Shown here: positions 27,021 to 39,619 of the stretch, one piece after another | Layout of the letters: each line of letters opens with the position of its first letter | Numbering within the stretch: the first letter of the stretch is position 1 | Source: the human T2T-CHM13v2.0 reference genome, Homo sapiens | Direction: 5' to 3' (one strand) | NCBI RefSeq assembly: GCF_009914755.1 | Contig: NC_060938.1 | Length of the DNA stretch: 64,000 nucleotides | The notes under the pieces: model-generated | Told to the model about the DNA's origin: nothing | Databases searched by the model: none | The model's input: only the letters and a program-made list of their open reading frames with translations | Made by a program: the position numbers and the translations under genes

Positions 27021-27252
27021 GAATGTTTGCCTTCTATAAGAAGGGGTGCTGGTTATCAAAATTAAATTATCCTCCGCCATGATGGTCTTTATCAATTGAG
27101 CCCTTTATATCTAAATTTCATGGGGTTGGGCTGATAGGCGCTGTCTATACACAGTGCTCCTTGGCAACAAGAATGACCTATTTTGTTTTCTACTTTCCAG
27201 AGATCCACATTGATAAATGACAATTTCCTCTTTTTTTTCCTTGCTTTTGTAT

Positions 27253-27260
27253 TGTGTGTG

Positions 27261-27294
<34 letters not shown>
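27253..27294 (+). repeat. (TG)n microsatellite, one interruption
   Basis: Read directly. Confidence 0.95.
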
Positions 27295-27901
27295 GACCGC
27301 AACAGTACTAATGACAACTCTGAAAAATATAGCAACAAGAAACTCCATTCTTAACATCCAAGCCAGCCCCTTCAACACAATTATTTTCACTTTCACATCG
27401 TTTTTCTAATATTTCACTTAATTGTGATTGTATCACACTGTTTCTTTTGAATTTGACTTTCTATTACTTAAATTTTTATCATTAACTTTTCCTTATGTTT
27501 TTGCATGCTCTTGATTTATTTTTAGGAGCTGGGTAATACTTCATTTGGAGATAATTATGCATTATTAATCAGTTTCCTCAGTGTTGGAGTTTAAGCTTAC
27601 TTTAACTTGCATTTCTTTCATTATTACAATGAAAAGGTATTTTTTCCTGCTTATTTATTATTTGTATTTGTATTTTCTTTTTTTTGGAAGTCTGTCCTTC
27701 ACTCTTACCCAGTCATTTATTGGAATCATTTATTTATAACCAGTTATACCCAGTTATTTATTTATACAGTTTATTTATTATATACAGGGAAATAATAGTC
27801 TTTTCTGTTGTGATTTCTTCTGGCACGTCAAAGCTCAGAATGTTTGCAATCCTCCAGAATTCTGAAAGTTTAATCTTTAGCCAATATTTAGTTTAAAATA
27901 A

Positions 27902-28057
27902 TTTTTTTAAGAGATGGGACTTTGCTCTGTCATCCAGGCTGGAGTGCAGTGACACGATCATAGCTCACTGCAACCTGAAACTCCTGGGCTCAAGTGATCC
28001 TCCCACTTTGACCTCCCAAACCACTGGGATTACAAGTGTGAGTCACTGTGCCTGGTC
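27902..28057 (-). mobile_element. Alu monomer (FRAM/FAM-like)
   Basis: Single ~155-bp arm with gatcatagctcactgc and ctcctgggctcaagtgatcctccc. Confidence 0.85.
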
Positions 28058-30159
28058 TAAATTTTTTGTATATTTAAATCTATCTATCAGAATCTATTCT
28101 GTATTATAGAATACAATTTGAATCTAAATAGATGTTTCTCTGAAATCACTAAGCAATTATTTAAAATGATTTTACTAAATAAGCACTCCATTTTTACTTT
28201 CTCACTTCTGATTCACTCAATAAATATTTGTCAGTTGTTAATATATGCCAGACACCTGCTTGTTCCTAACAATATACTGAGACAAGACAGAATCTTTGCA
28301 CCTTCACCAGTTATCTGGGCTTTTCACATTGTCCCAGTGACTGGGATGTCAAGTCTTTCTGTTCTTACCACACCATTTCAGTAAGTGTCATTTTAGAATA
28401 TGTTTTAACATGTGGCAAGGCAAGATGTGGTTTCAAATACTACTTAGGAAAAGTATAACTGTCTTTTTATGGATAAATCTCATCATCTTTGCATCTGACT
28501 TCTAGTAACACTGCTGTGTGACCATTTTCCATGGGGTTCCCCAGTCATTATCATTTCAATAAGCACTATTTCTCTGGAGCATGATGCTATTACCAGGTAT
28601 GAGAATCACAGATTCTTGGAGTTAAGAGACCTCAAGGAACACCTGCCATGGGGCTTTCATGTGCACCTTTTCTGCACGTGCTTCCCCAGCTCAAAAAGGA
28701 TCTACCACTGGTGCAAAAACTTGTGGCTGGGAATGACCAATCTAGTCTAATGCTTCAGCCAGTTTTGTTTCCTTTTTCCAATGACCTTGCCAAGCAGCTG
28801 CCCATTCTGTGCTTGGACACTTAAGAATGAGGTACCCATTTCTTGTTTTTGTTGCCTTCCCAGTTAAAGCTCTGAGAAGATGGAAAGCTTGCTTTGTGTC
28901 TCTGAAAAAGAAGAAGGTTCAGAGTGGGAGAATGAACTTGGCTCTATAGCTTTGAACTCTGAGCCCTTGGGCATCCAAGGGCTGTCAAGCAAATAAAAAT
29001 GTCCATTTGAGTCATTAAAGACCCCTTTTTCCCCTGAGAAAGGAAGAGCTATCATTAAACCGCCAAGAAGCAATATTTATCAGAGATGTTTGACCCTCCA
29101 TCCATCTGGCTGAGTTTCCTCGACTTAGTCATGAGATGTAAGCTCCATACTGGGGAGCTAAGAATCGCCATTCCAAGAGACTTCCTGCAAGCCAGAACCA
29201 AAACGCATCTTGTTTCTTGATTTTTCTTTCTTTGTTTTAAAAATCCTGGTGGGTGTTTTTATTTCCCCTTTTTATTCAAGTTTGCTATATGTTTTGACCT
29301 TTTATTTTGGACAAAACAAGTGACCGCAGAGAACAAAATTGGAATGGACTATTTTTTTCTTCAAAAATAATAATTAAGAGAGAGCAAGATAAAGAAATGA
29401 AAAAAAAATCCTTCTGGATTTGGTTCCAGCTTTGGTAAAGTTTCAGGCCTGTGCTTATTTTAGCCAAACCATTTGTCCCATCCCTATTTATACAACAGGA
29501 TGCGGAACAAGTTGTTCTTGCCTCATGTCCTGCTGCCTGTCAAAAAGAAATCTGTCTTGGAGGAAAAGCCAATTAACTCAAACATCTTTCATTTGGATGT
29601 GTTTCACTCTTGCCTTGAGTCTAATCAGCTCAGAGCTATAGGGCCTGGGCAGGTGCAGGGCAGAGCCCAGCAGGACTGCATGGAGGGGAAAAGCTTAGAG
29701 GTGGATCTGGAATTGAGGTCCTTTCTCTTACCAACCCTGCAAACTTAGTTAATTTGCCTGTCTCTGCTTTCTCCTCTGATTTGTAGAAATCATAGCAGTC
29801 ATAATAGCCACTACTCAGTACTGCAGAATTATATTAAAATAGTAATAACAATAACAACAACAATAATCTGCCGGGCACTGTGCTAAGTGATCTCTATGTA
29901 TTATCTAATTTAATCTTCATTACAACTGGAGAGAGAGTATTATTATTATCCCAAGTTTATAAATTAAAGGTCAAGCTGCTCAACTTGGCTCTGTCTTCCA
30001 GGTCTCCATGACACCTTGACATTCACAGAGTTATAATATGGAGACTTCGTGACCCATCAAGAATACTCACATATGACAAGTCAATTGAGTCCCAGAAGGT
30101 CAAGCGATGTCCCTCGGGCACCAACATCAATACCCACTTGCAAGTGTCTTGAGTTGACT

Positions 30160-30550
30160 TCTCTATCATTTGGGATGATGCTAATCGCCCTAACAAACCA
30201 CAACCTTTTAGTGGCCAGCACAATAGAAGTTTATTTTGTGCTCACACATGAGATTGGTGTGGGTGTTTGTGTCTGGCCTGCCTCCACTTGGTGATTCAGG
30301 GATTCAGGCTCCTTCCACCTGGTGACCCTGCTCTCCTCTGCCCAGTTGGTGGGTAGGAGGAGACCCTGGAGAAGGTGCACCAGCTTCTTAACCACTACTT
30401 ACATGTCACTGGAAGCAACTGGTCACATGGACACACCTAGATGGGAAGGAGCCTGGGCAACAGAGTCCCTGGCTGGGCAGTGGCTTCTCGATGACAGCTC
30501 TCCACATTGGAAAAAAGAGCTCACATTTTGGAAAACATGCCTCTGCCACG
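30160..30550 (-). mobile_element. Old MLT1 (J/K-like) LTR
   Basis: acaatagaagtttattttgtgctcac...gtgattcagggattcaggctccttccacc...ggtcacatggacacaccta. Confidence 0.65.
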
Positions 30551-31054
30551 ACACCTCATCCAATTCTATTCTGCTGTATCACAGACAGTTGAGGCAGGAA
30601 GATTCAGCATCTGGTCCTTCTTCCTAGTAAAGTTAAAGCGCCACAGGTTGCACATTAATTGACTTGGAGATTTGGAACAAACTCTGTACAGACTTCACTG
30701 CAGGCACCATGGAAGGTTTCAGGGCACTCTCTGACAAGCAAGATTCACTCCTGCTCTCCACAAATGATCTTTAGCCTGTGTCCTGGAAGCCCCGACCTGT
30801 GTCTCTCCTTTGTGTCACATTTTATGTTACCCGGTTTTCGCTTTTTAGAATTTTACATGAGGATAATAATGAAGTGCATGCTTCCCACATCTGCTTCACC
30901 TCTGCGCGCCTTGGGCCCAAATATTTCAAGGCTGGGATCATTACTTTGGATAGGAGAAGTGTAACTTGGATGAATACGACAAATACAAAACTCACTATAA
31001 TTTGCAGAGAGAGGGAAAGGGGAGGGAAAAAAATAAGCATTAACTTTGGGAACA

Positions 31055-31570
<516 letters not shown>

Positions 31571-31699
31571 TTAAGTTACTTACTAATATCTTAGAGTTCC
31601 TAAATTTTAGAGCTGGTTGGAAACTCAGAGATTCTCTCAACCATTGGTCTCATGTTACAGTGAGGATACTGAGTCAGAACTTTGCCATCTCTGCTTCTA

Positions 31700-32680
31700 A
31701 AACTCTCTCTTCTAGCCTTTCCCACTAGGCTGCCAGATCTGTCTTTCTAAATTAGTAAATATTAATATCTGACAAAGTTGCTTCCCCATCTGAAATCTTT
31801 CCAACTGCCATCACCCACCAGAAAAAAAAGCTGATGATTGTCCACCAACTCAACCCTGTTCCTGTCCCCCGCTGGCTTTTCCTCATGCCGCCCTGCTGAA
31901 CTGCCTCTGGCTGTCCTCATCCACCCACCACAGTGGCTCACACCCACAGGAAGGTCTCTTTGCTTGGTACTTTCCTTATTTCTACTTTTCCTTTGCCTGC
32001 TCCAGCAAACAGAAGACATTCTCTTCTCTGGATTCCTGCAATGCCTCTTGTCTAACCCTAGCCCAGTGCTTACCATAGGGTACCAGAAAATAGCTGTGAT
32101 GAGTGTGTGTGCGATGGTTTACCCCTCTAAGGCTTTCAGGCTGCCTGATACTCTCTTCACATGATGATCCCCTCACTAGACTGTGGGATCTGGAAGGCAA
32201 AGGCTGTGTTTCATTGGTTTATTGTCAATCTATTCCCAGGGTCTGATGTAATGGATGCTCTGTAGTAGGCGGTGCAAAAACCACTTGTGCACCTGTTGAC
32301 TATGGTCAGGCTAAGGTGACATTCTTGCTAAGCCCCTTGAATTTCCTTTGCATGGATATCTGCATGGCTGGCTCCCTTACCACTTTGGGGTTTGAAATGC
32401 TACCCACCAGAATGGGCTTTCTTGACCTCATAATCCAAGATAACATCCATCACTCTCTATTCCCTTATCCCGTTTTGCTTTCCTTATAGCATTATTATTA
32501 TTATTATTATTATTGCCATCTGATTATTGCATTTCCTTGTTTACTTATCACCTATCTTGCCATCATTGGACATAAGTGTCACAGGAGTGGCCCCTGTTTG
32601 TTTTCTTCACTGTTAAATCTTTTATGCCTAGAACAGTGCCTGGCACATAGTAAGTGGGTCAAGTGTTTTTGGATGAATCA
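31700..32680 (+). mobile_element. Two adjacent L2 3' remnants
   Basis: ctagactgtgggatctggaaggcaaaggctgtg and cctagaacagtgcctggcacatagtaagtgggtcaa termini; internal boundaries uncertain. Confidence 0.65.
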
Positions 32681-32746
32681 TACAACCAATAGGTGTTTTA
32701 TTCCATTACCCTTTCCCCTTTCCCAGACAGACCTCATGGTTTTTCT

Positions 32747-32751
<5 letters not shown>

Positions 32752-32790
<39 letters not shown>
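32752..32790 (+). repeat. (GA)n microsatellite
   Basis: Read directly. Confidence 0.95.
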
Positions 32791-32793
<3 letters not shown>

Positions 32794-33894
32794 TAGACTA
32801 AAATCTTTCTCAAAAACACAAAAGTCTTAGAAATAGAAAAACAAGAAACAGTTAAAAATAAACAATTAAACCAAAACCTCCCCAACCTGCAGTGATTCAT
32901 CAGACTACAGTCAACATGCATCCTTTGAAATCTTACTCAAGACACACGTGCTGCAAAAAGCAACAAGGAAGAAACGGCAGATTTCTCTGTTTTATTTTTA
33001 TATACCAACTTGCTAGTTAACAGTGGGAGCAATCAATAAACTTTAATAGAATGCTATTACTTTAGGGTTGTAGTAAACTGAAGAATAAAGAATAATAGCT
33101 TTTCAACCTTTTATCAGTCCGGGGAGATAATTTAATATGCACAGAAAATGCATTATAATAATTTTTATAACTATGCAGTCCAGACCTCTCTAAAGATTTT
33201 CCAGGAACTAAGCAATGTGCAAAGAATCCAACCCGAATATATAGTACAAAAAATGTGGCTACAATAAGTGAGGGAAGCCCATGCTAATTCTATATTTTTT
33301 AAAGAAAACCCTGGATGTTTATACTAAAAATGCCACTGGGCTCTAAACTGGCACGAGACACTCATTGCTGTTTTGTTTTGTGTGTTGTGTTTTTTTAACC
33401 AGTCTTCCCTTAATGAAGTGGACTGATCATTCCCATTTGGAATCATTCAGACTGTAGACAAATATGCTAAAGCTTTAAGTATATAATTTTTAACCTCTTA
33501 GAAAGGTTGAATGATGTGTTATGAAACTATTACTGTGCACAGTTCAAATTCAATGCATCACAAAGGAGCTCCATTAATCCTAATTTAACACGCATCTGCT
33601 CACAATTTGGTAGAGGAAATAGGCCAAGAAGTGAAGAAACAGCCCGTGATCATGCACACAAAAAAAGCTTTTCGTCCATGTCCAGGGACCTGGGCAATTG
33701 CTTGACTCTCTTAGAACTCTGAACCTGCAGGAATATTGCAGGCACATCTTGTCTTTTGCCTCTTCCTACTGACCTTCCCTGGTCAATTCTCCACTCTGCT
33801 GAGTGATTGTTCCATGCTGCAAACCAAATCTACTTTATACCTGTGACCATCTGAGGTCCACAGCAGTAAGTCCAAGGTTAAGTGCCCCAGATAG

Positions 33895-34314
33895 CAGGCT
33901 GGGACTAGCGTGAGGAAAGCAAGCCACTCATCCTGGGTGCAAAATTGAAGACAATACTGAACAACTCGGTCATCAAGGTAAATAATATTTGAATGCTCTT
34001 TAAAAAATTCAAAGTTAATGCAAAAAAATCTGTCATGCACAAAAATCCATCGTGCACAAAAGATCAAAATTTTAAATAAATATGGGATCAGAAAAGCTCA
34101 GCTATATTGGAGCCCAAGGCAAAGGGAAAAACAAGTGAGACTGAGCCTGTCTTTGTTTAAAATTTTGATCTTTTGTTCACTGTGGATTTTTTGCATTAAC
34201 TTTGATTTTTTTTAGTGCATTCAAACATTAATCTTGGTTACAGTGTTTTGATGCCCCCTCAAATTCTGCACCCAAGGCAAATGTCTCATCCGCCTCATCA
34301 TAGTTCTAGACCTG
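33895..34314. mobile_element. MER96B-like palindromic hAT MITE
   Basis: Long inverted arms (caaaagatcaaaattttaaa / tttaaaattttgatcttttg; aaagttaatgcaaaaaa / ttttttgcattaacttt); cagg...cctg ends; degenerate 8-bp TSD ccagatag/ccaaatgg. Confidence 0.9.
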
Positions 34315-35291
34315 CCAAATGGAATTAGAACCTTCTGCCTCTGCAGTCATATAGTCCTTTGTTCGTTTTGTCCTATGGCACCAGCCGAATTGGATTGCAG
34401 GTGCATGTCTCCACCCTTACCCTGGGAGGACAGGACTATTATCTCATTTGCTTGCATCTTCCCACAAGACATCCTCAACAAGTATGAATCATGTTGATTC
34501 AAACATGTAGAGTGCAGAGGAGGGATTCAAAGTTTTATCCCAGCCTCATCCCAGCCACTTCTTCTTCTGACCTACTTCCCACTCTCGTTCCCAGCCTCAC
34601 TGGACTTTTCAGTGTTTCTTGATTTTTCCTAGTGGCAGACTCTTATGTTCTCTTTCTTCTGTTTTCTCACTTTGGAACTCCTTCCCCTTTCTCTCTTGCC
34701 ATGTATGTGGGTGAAAGCCTGAGGGCTGGTGACAGGTGGCCTGGGGGAGCTCCCCGATTCACTCAGCTTCTGTGTGCCTCAGTTCCCTCACCTGTAAAAC
34801 GGAGCAAGAACAGTGTCTATCTATGTGGTAGGACTTCTGAGAGTTAAATAAATGAATGTATGTAAAACCTTTAGCACAAAGCTGATGGGTGATAAGTTAT
34901 AGGAACTAACCAGGTATGATGCAGTAGCTGGGACTAGAACTAGAGGCTGTTTCCACACCTTGGTCTGAAGGGCAAGAGAAGGGAGCACTTTCCCAGATCC
35001 AGACAGAGTGCTGTGTGGGGAAGACTGTAGCCGCATATCCAACCCACGGCGTTCTACGGAAGAAGTTCGTTCCCGTCCTTGCCCTGCTTTTGCTCTCACG
35101 TCTCTTGCTGTGCCCCCTTAACTAGATCTGGGACCAGGGGCAAGGGTCCTCACACAGGCAATCCGCAGAGGTTAGACTAAGGGGCTCAGTGCTGGGTAAA
35201 AAGGGCTGGCCCGTGGATTTGGGGTGGAGGAGGGCAAGAGGAAGAGAGGCAGTCCAGTCGCCTTGCCAGGGAGTCATCAAACATTGTTCCA

Positions 35292-35336
35292 TTAGGTTGA
35301 TGCAAAAGTAATTGCGAGTTTTGCCATTAAAAGTAT
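35292..35336. mobile_element. MADE1 (mariner MITE), one arm only
   Basis: ttaggttgatgcaaaagtaattgcgagttttgccattaaaagta. Confidence 0.85.
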
Positions 35337-36199
35337 TAATAAATGAGACAAAGTAAGTAAGGGGCAATGACTTCGTCTCCTGTATGGCGATCCCAAAAGA
35401 ACCCGACTTCCTGTGGAGTAGAAACTTCTTTCCATCCCGCCAAGCACTCGCTGGGCCTCTCCACTGGGCAGAGAGGCTGGGGAAAATGTCTGTGGTGCCC
35501 TGATTGGTCTGGGGGGACCAATCAGGTCTTGTTTTTCTTGAGAGGAAACTTGTTCACTGGGGCAGGTTTCCCCAAGCCCTGTCAGCTCTGATGATAAGAG
35601 GCTTGTGCGTGCTACTGAATTAGTCTGTGCCTGTCCAACCACCTTTAGCTCACATTAATCACACCCTTTTACTCAAAACAGTACAACTCTGATCTAAACC
35701 AATTAAGCCTGTGTTGTTTAGACAAAGAGATTAATATAGCTCCAAAAAGCATAACCTTTGGCCATAGAGGTGTCTTAAGATAATGAGTTTGATTCAGTAA
35801 GTTGGCTTTGGGGAAAGGTATATTTTAGAAGAAGATATCTATTTGTAGATTCTAAATCAGCAGGAAAAGAAATGCACCCAGACAAACAAGTCCTAGTTGT
35901 ACATATGCAGGTATAAAGGAGGTTAAGGGAGTGCGATTTAGAGCTGATGGTTTGGAAATGCAGATCTTTTCTCCCTTGGAAAATCCAGCTGACTCTGACA
36001 AAGGAACAAAATACAAAATAAAATCAAGCAAAGGCAATTACAGCTATCGCACAAGTCTAAACTAGATGTTTTATGAAAAGTGTTGCTCAAGGTATAATCC
36101 TTTCTGCTCTTAGGGGAATCGAGGAGTGACTTCATGGAGGATATCTAGGAAGAGAGAAGCCACGGCAGTGTGGTGTAATGCAAGGAGCACTGGATAGGA

Positions 36200-36560
36200 G
36201 TACTTTCTGCTAGGTGGTGTTTTTGTTTAATGCTTGAGTGCTCCTATGGGCTACCCATTATGCTGGGTGCTGAGGATGGACTGATGAGTGGATTGTGGTC
36301 CCTGCTTTCAAGCAGCTGGCTGTCTCCTGGAGGACAGGAACTCATCAAAAAAATGTCACTGCCTTAGTGAGGCTATGGGCAAGCTGAGCACAGGTGCCTG
36401 GGAGCTGAAGGTCAAGACACTAAGTCCACCCCGGGGGACTTCAGCCAAAGCTTCTGAGAACGAGTCAGCTCTGAGCTGAGTCTTAAAAGATACAGAGAAG
36501 GTCTTGTGGCAGGAAGGTGTATAAAGGAATTTTAGGCAGAAAGAGAGTGAGCAAAGGTAT
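36200..36560 (-). mobile_element. L2 remnant
   Basis: tgcttgagtgctcctatggg...atgctgggtgctgaggat...tctgagctgagtcttaaaaga. Confidence 0.55.
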
Positions 36561-36870
36561 GAAACAGCAAGCTGTGAGAGAAATGTCTTAGCCACTCCTC
36601 TGAACTCCCAGAGCATAAACTTTGAGATTAGGAATGGTTGAGGACCATGGTCCCTAAATTAAGGTGCTTGGAGACTGTTGTTCAAACCATGAAAATAGGA
36701 AGGACTGTAAGCACAGGGCATGGTCAGCATTCTTTCTGAAATCACTGTGGTTACCACCAATTGACAGTGAAGGCCTGGTTACTTCACTTATCAAACTTCA
36801 GATTTCTCATCTGAAATGGTTGCGTTGGTTACCCGGGTCTGTGAAAGTCCTTTTCAGCCTATACTAATAA

Positions 36871-37409
36871 TGTTTTTTTATTCTGTGTTTTTCATATTTT
36901 GCTATCTCGGATACTTACTGACTCTGGAGAGACTGCCCCTCCTAGGGTTAGTTAAGTCCTAGAGATAGCAAGTAAGTTACCCGTGGAGCAGGCTTTTCAT
37001 GTGCAAACCAACCAATCGGAGCTCACACTCCCAACCACCTCCTTTATTCAGCGCTTACACTCCTGGTCACTGTTCTCCTGCCCTAATCATCTGGGTGGGT
37101 ACTAAATAACTAAGGGTAGCCTCCATGCCCCACAGCCCACTTTATTCAAACAAGCCACTTCTAAACCTGTCTAGCCTACCCTGCCATTCTTCCAGAGAAC
37201 ACCACAGTAAAGATTCTTGCCTGTGTTCTCTCCCACCCCTCCTTCCGCCTCCTGACCAGCCCCTGGCTTCCTCTTGGGCCCCCCAACCATGGTGTGGTAC
37301 CTCCCTTCCTCTTGCGGTCTGTGAGTATAGCAAGCTACCTTTCAACAACAATCATCTCCTGATCTGCTGACCGCGTATATAAATAAGAATAAAACCTGTA
37401 CGTTCAAAC
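36871..37409 (+). mobile_element. ERVL solo LTR, MER74A-like
   Basis: tgttttttta ttctgtg...gactgcccctcctagggttagttaagtcctagagatagcaa...caaaccaaccaatc...aataaaacc...aaaca. Confidence 0.8.
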
Positions 37410-38269
37410 ACAGCAGTATTCCTGAATCACAAACGGGGCCCCAGGCTAGGCAAGTGGGGCTGAAATACACCCTTTGGCCAAAACCTGGACTGTGTGTGTC
37501 AGCCCAGGAGTGTGTGTTTTTTCAGTTTGCACAAAGGTGCCCTGCAGGCTCGCGTGGCCCCGGGGCAAGTTGTTTCACCTCTTTGAATCTCGGTGTTCTC
37601 ATTTGCAAAATGGAGCATTGGTCTAAATGTGGAACGTGTTTTCCAGATTTTAGATTCTCTAACCTTCCTTGCTGTGGGACCTTAGACAAATCTGTTCTCC
37701 AAGTTCCCCATCTATCAAGCGGGTATAATTTTCCCTATTTCCATCCTTCCTTGTCCTGCAGACACTGAGTGGGAGAAGCTATCTGAAGCTGCTTTGTAAA
37801 CTATAAAGTCCTGTACCAAGAGGGGTCTGCTATTAGTGGTATTGTTGGGTATGAGCCTGTCCCTGGCTGTAGGTGGGTGAGGCTTTCAGGGCAGTGGTAT
37901 ATGATTTAGCAAATTATCTCTTCAGTGTGCTACAGAGTCCGCCAGGAGTTTGCTCACTGCAGGATGAGGGAACAATAAGGCCTCGCTGTATTCAATAACA
38001 GTGGTTTAATTATCATGATTATCTCACATTTGTATAAAGTCTTTGCTTTCAGGATCTCAAAGTACTTTACAAACATTAAGCCTCTTGGTCCCCCCAGGGG
38101 AGATACTAAATTGATACATGAGCTTGCAGGTCTCTCCTCTTCCTGGCTCAAATGTGGTTTTCTCCCATCCAGGTGAGGATGAAACAGAATCTCACATCCA
38201 CTGTGCAATGTTCAACATCAGATGTTTAGGGTGTATGTATAATGGGCCACGCTGAAAAATATTGAGAAT

Positions 38270-38500
38270 GGGAATAGCCACCATTTATTGAGAGACAATT
38301 ACATACAAGACCAGACCCCAGACCTGCATTAGATTGTGTCATGACAGTAATTACCCCCTCACTGTACAGATGAGGAAACTGCAGTTCAGAGAAGTTGAGT
38401 TGCATACCCAAGGTCACACAGCCAGGGAAACTAGACACATGTAGGCGCGACTTGGATACAGATCTGTAGGTCTCTCTGAGACCGAAATCACCACTCTGCA
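38270..38500 (-). mobile_element. MIR SINE
   Basis: tacagatgaggaaactgcagttcagagaagttgagttgcatacccaaggtcacacagc. Confidence 0.8.
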
Positions 38501-38715
38501 CCATACTTAGCTGCCCTCCAGGGCACTGCTTGCTTTGAGTCAATGCCCTTTATTTTGCACTCGTGGAATGTGACTGTGTTTCTCTCACCTTGGCCTTGAG
38601 ATTCAGCTGAATAGAGTAGGAGGAGGTGACCTTTTCAAGAGGCGGCAGTGAGCAACTCTGTGCTGACTCACCCAGGAGAGCCAGAGACACACCTCTGCCC
38701 AACCTCTGCTGCCGA

Positions 38716-39563
38716 TGTTCCAGTTACTATCGGTGTGTACAAGTCATCCCTCACATTAGTCAGATTGCACTGCTATGACAAAACACTATGGACTGGTGGC
38801 TTATAAAAAACAGATATTTATTTCTCATAGTTCTGGAGGCTGGAAATTCAAGATCAAGGTGCCAGCATGGGCCAGTTCTAGTGAGGGCTCTCCTTTGGTG
38901 TGCGGACTGCCGTCTTCTCATTATAGTCTCACATGTGGGAAAGAGGGCTACAGAGCTCTCCAGGGTCCCTTTATTCAGGGCACTGATCTCATTCATGCGG
39001 CTCCATGCTCTTGACCTAATCATTTCCTAAAGGCCCCACTTTCAAATACCAACACCTTGGGGGTTGGAATTTCAATACATGAATTTTGAGGGGGACACTT
39101 TCAGCCCATTGGACCTTTAAACTTAGCAGTTTACAGCCACCATTTTATGATGTTCACACATTCTGTTGGTTAAGAATTTGGAAAAGGAGACCAGCTAGGC
39201 CAATCTCCCATGGCACAGGATCTCTGAGGCCTCAGCCAGGGAGACTCAAGCAGCAGTGGTGACTCAAAGGCCCAGGTCTGGAATCATCTGGTAGCATCTT
39301 CATTCACATCCCTGGTACCTGGGGTTGTTGATGAGATAACATACACACAGCCTCTTCATGTGGCCTGGGCTTCCTCACAGCGTGGCTGCCTAAGGATATT
39401 GAGGCTTCTCACATGGCCTCTCTGGGCTCCAAGCATGACTGTTCTATAGTGAACAAAGTGGAAGCAATGTGTTTGCTATTATGTTTGTTTGTTCTTGAAG
39501 TCACACATGGTCACATCTGTTGTCTTCTATTAGCTACAGTGAATCACTCAGATCAGCCTAGAC
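38716..39563 (-). mobile_element. MLT1G/H-like LTR (host of nested MLT1A)
   Basis: tgttccagttactat...[insertion]...aaacttagcagttta...ctggaatcatctgg...tgtggcctgggcttcctcacagcgtggctgcc. Confidence 0.7.
38751..39113 (-). mobile_element. MLT1A/MLT1A0-like solo LTR, nested
   Basis: tttatttctcatagttctggaggctggaaattcaagatcaaggtgccagca...aatttcaatacatgaattttgagggggacac. Confidence 0.85.
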
Positions 39564-39565
39564 TA

Positions 39566-39619
39566 TAAGGTTGGTGCAAAAGTAGTGGCAAAACCATAAT
39601 TATTTTTGCACCAACCTAA
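39566..39619. mobile_element. MADE1, internally deleted (54 bp)
   Basis: aggttggtgcaaaa ... ttttgcaccaacct inverted termini, flanked by TA on both sides. Confidence 0.9.
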
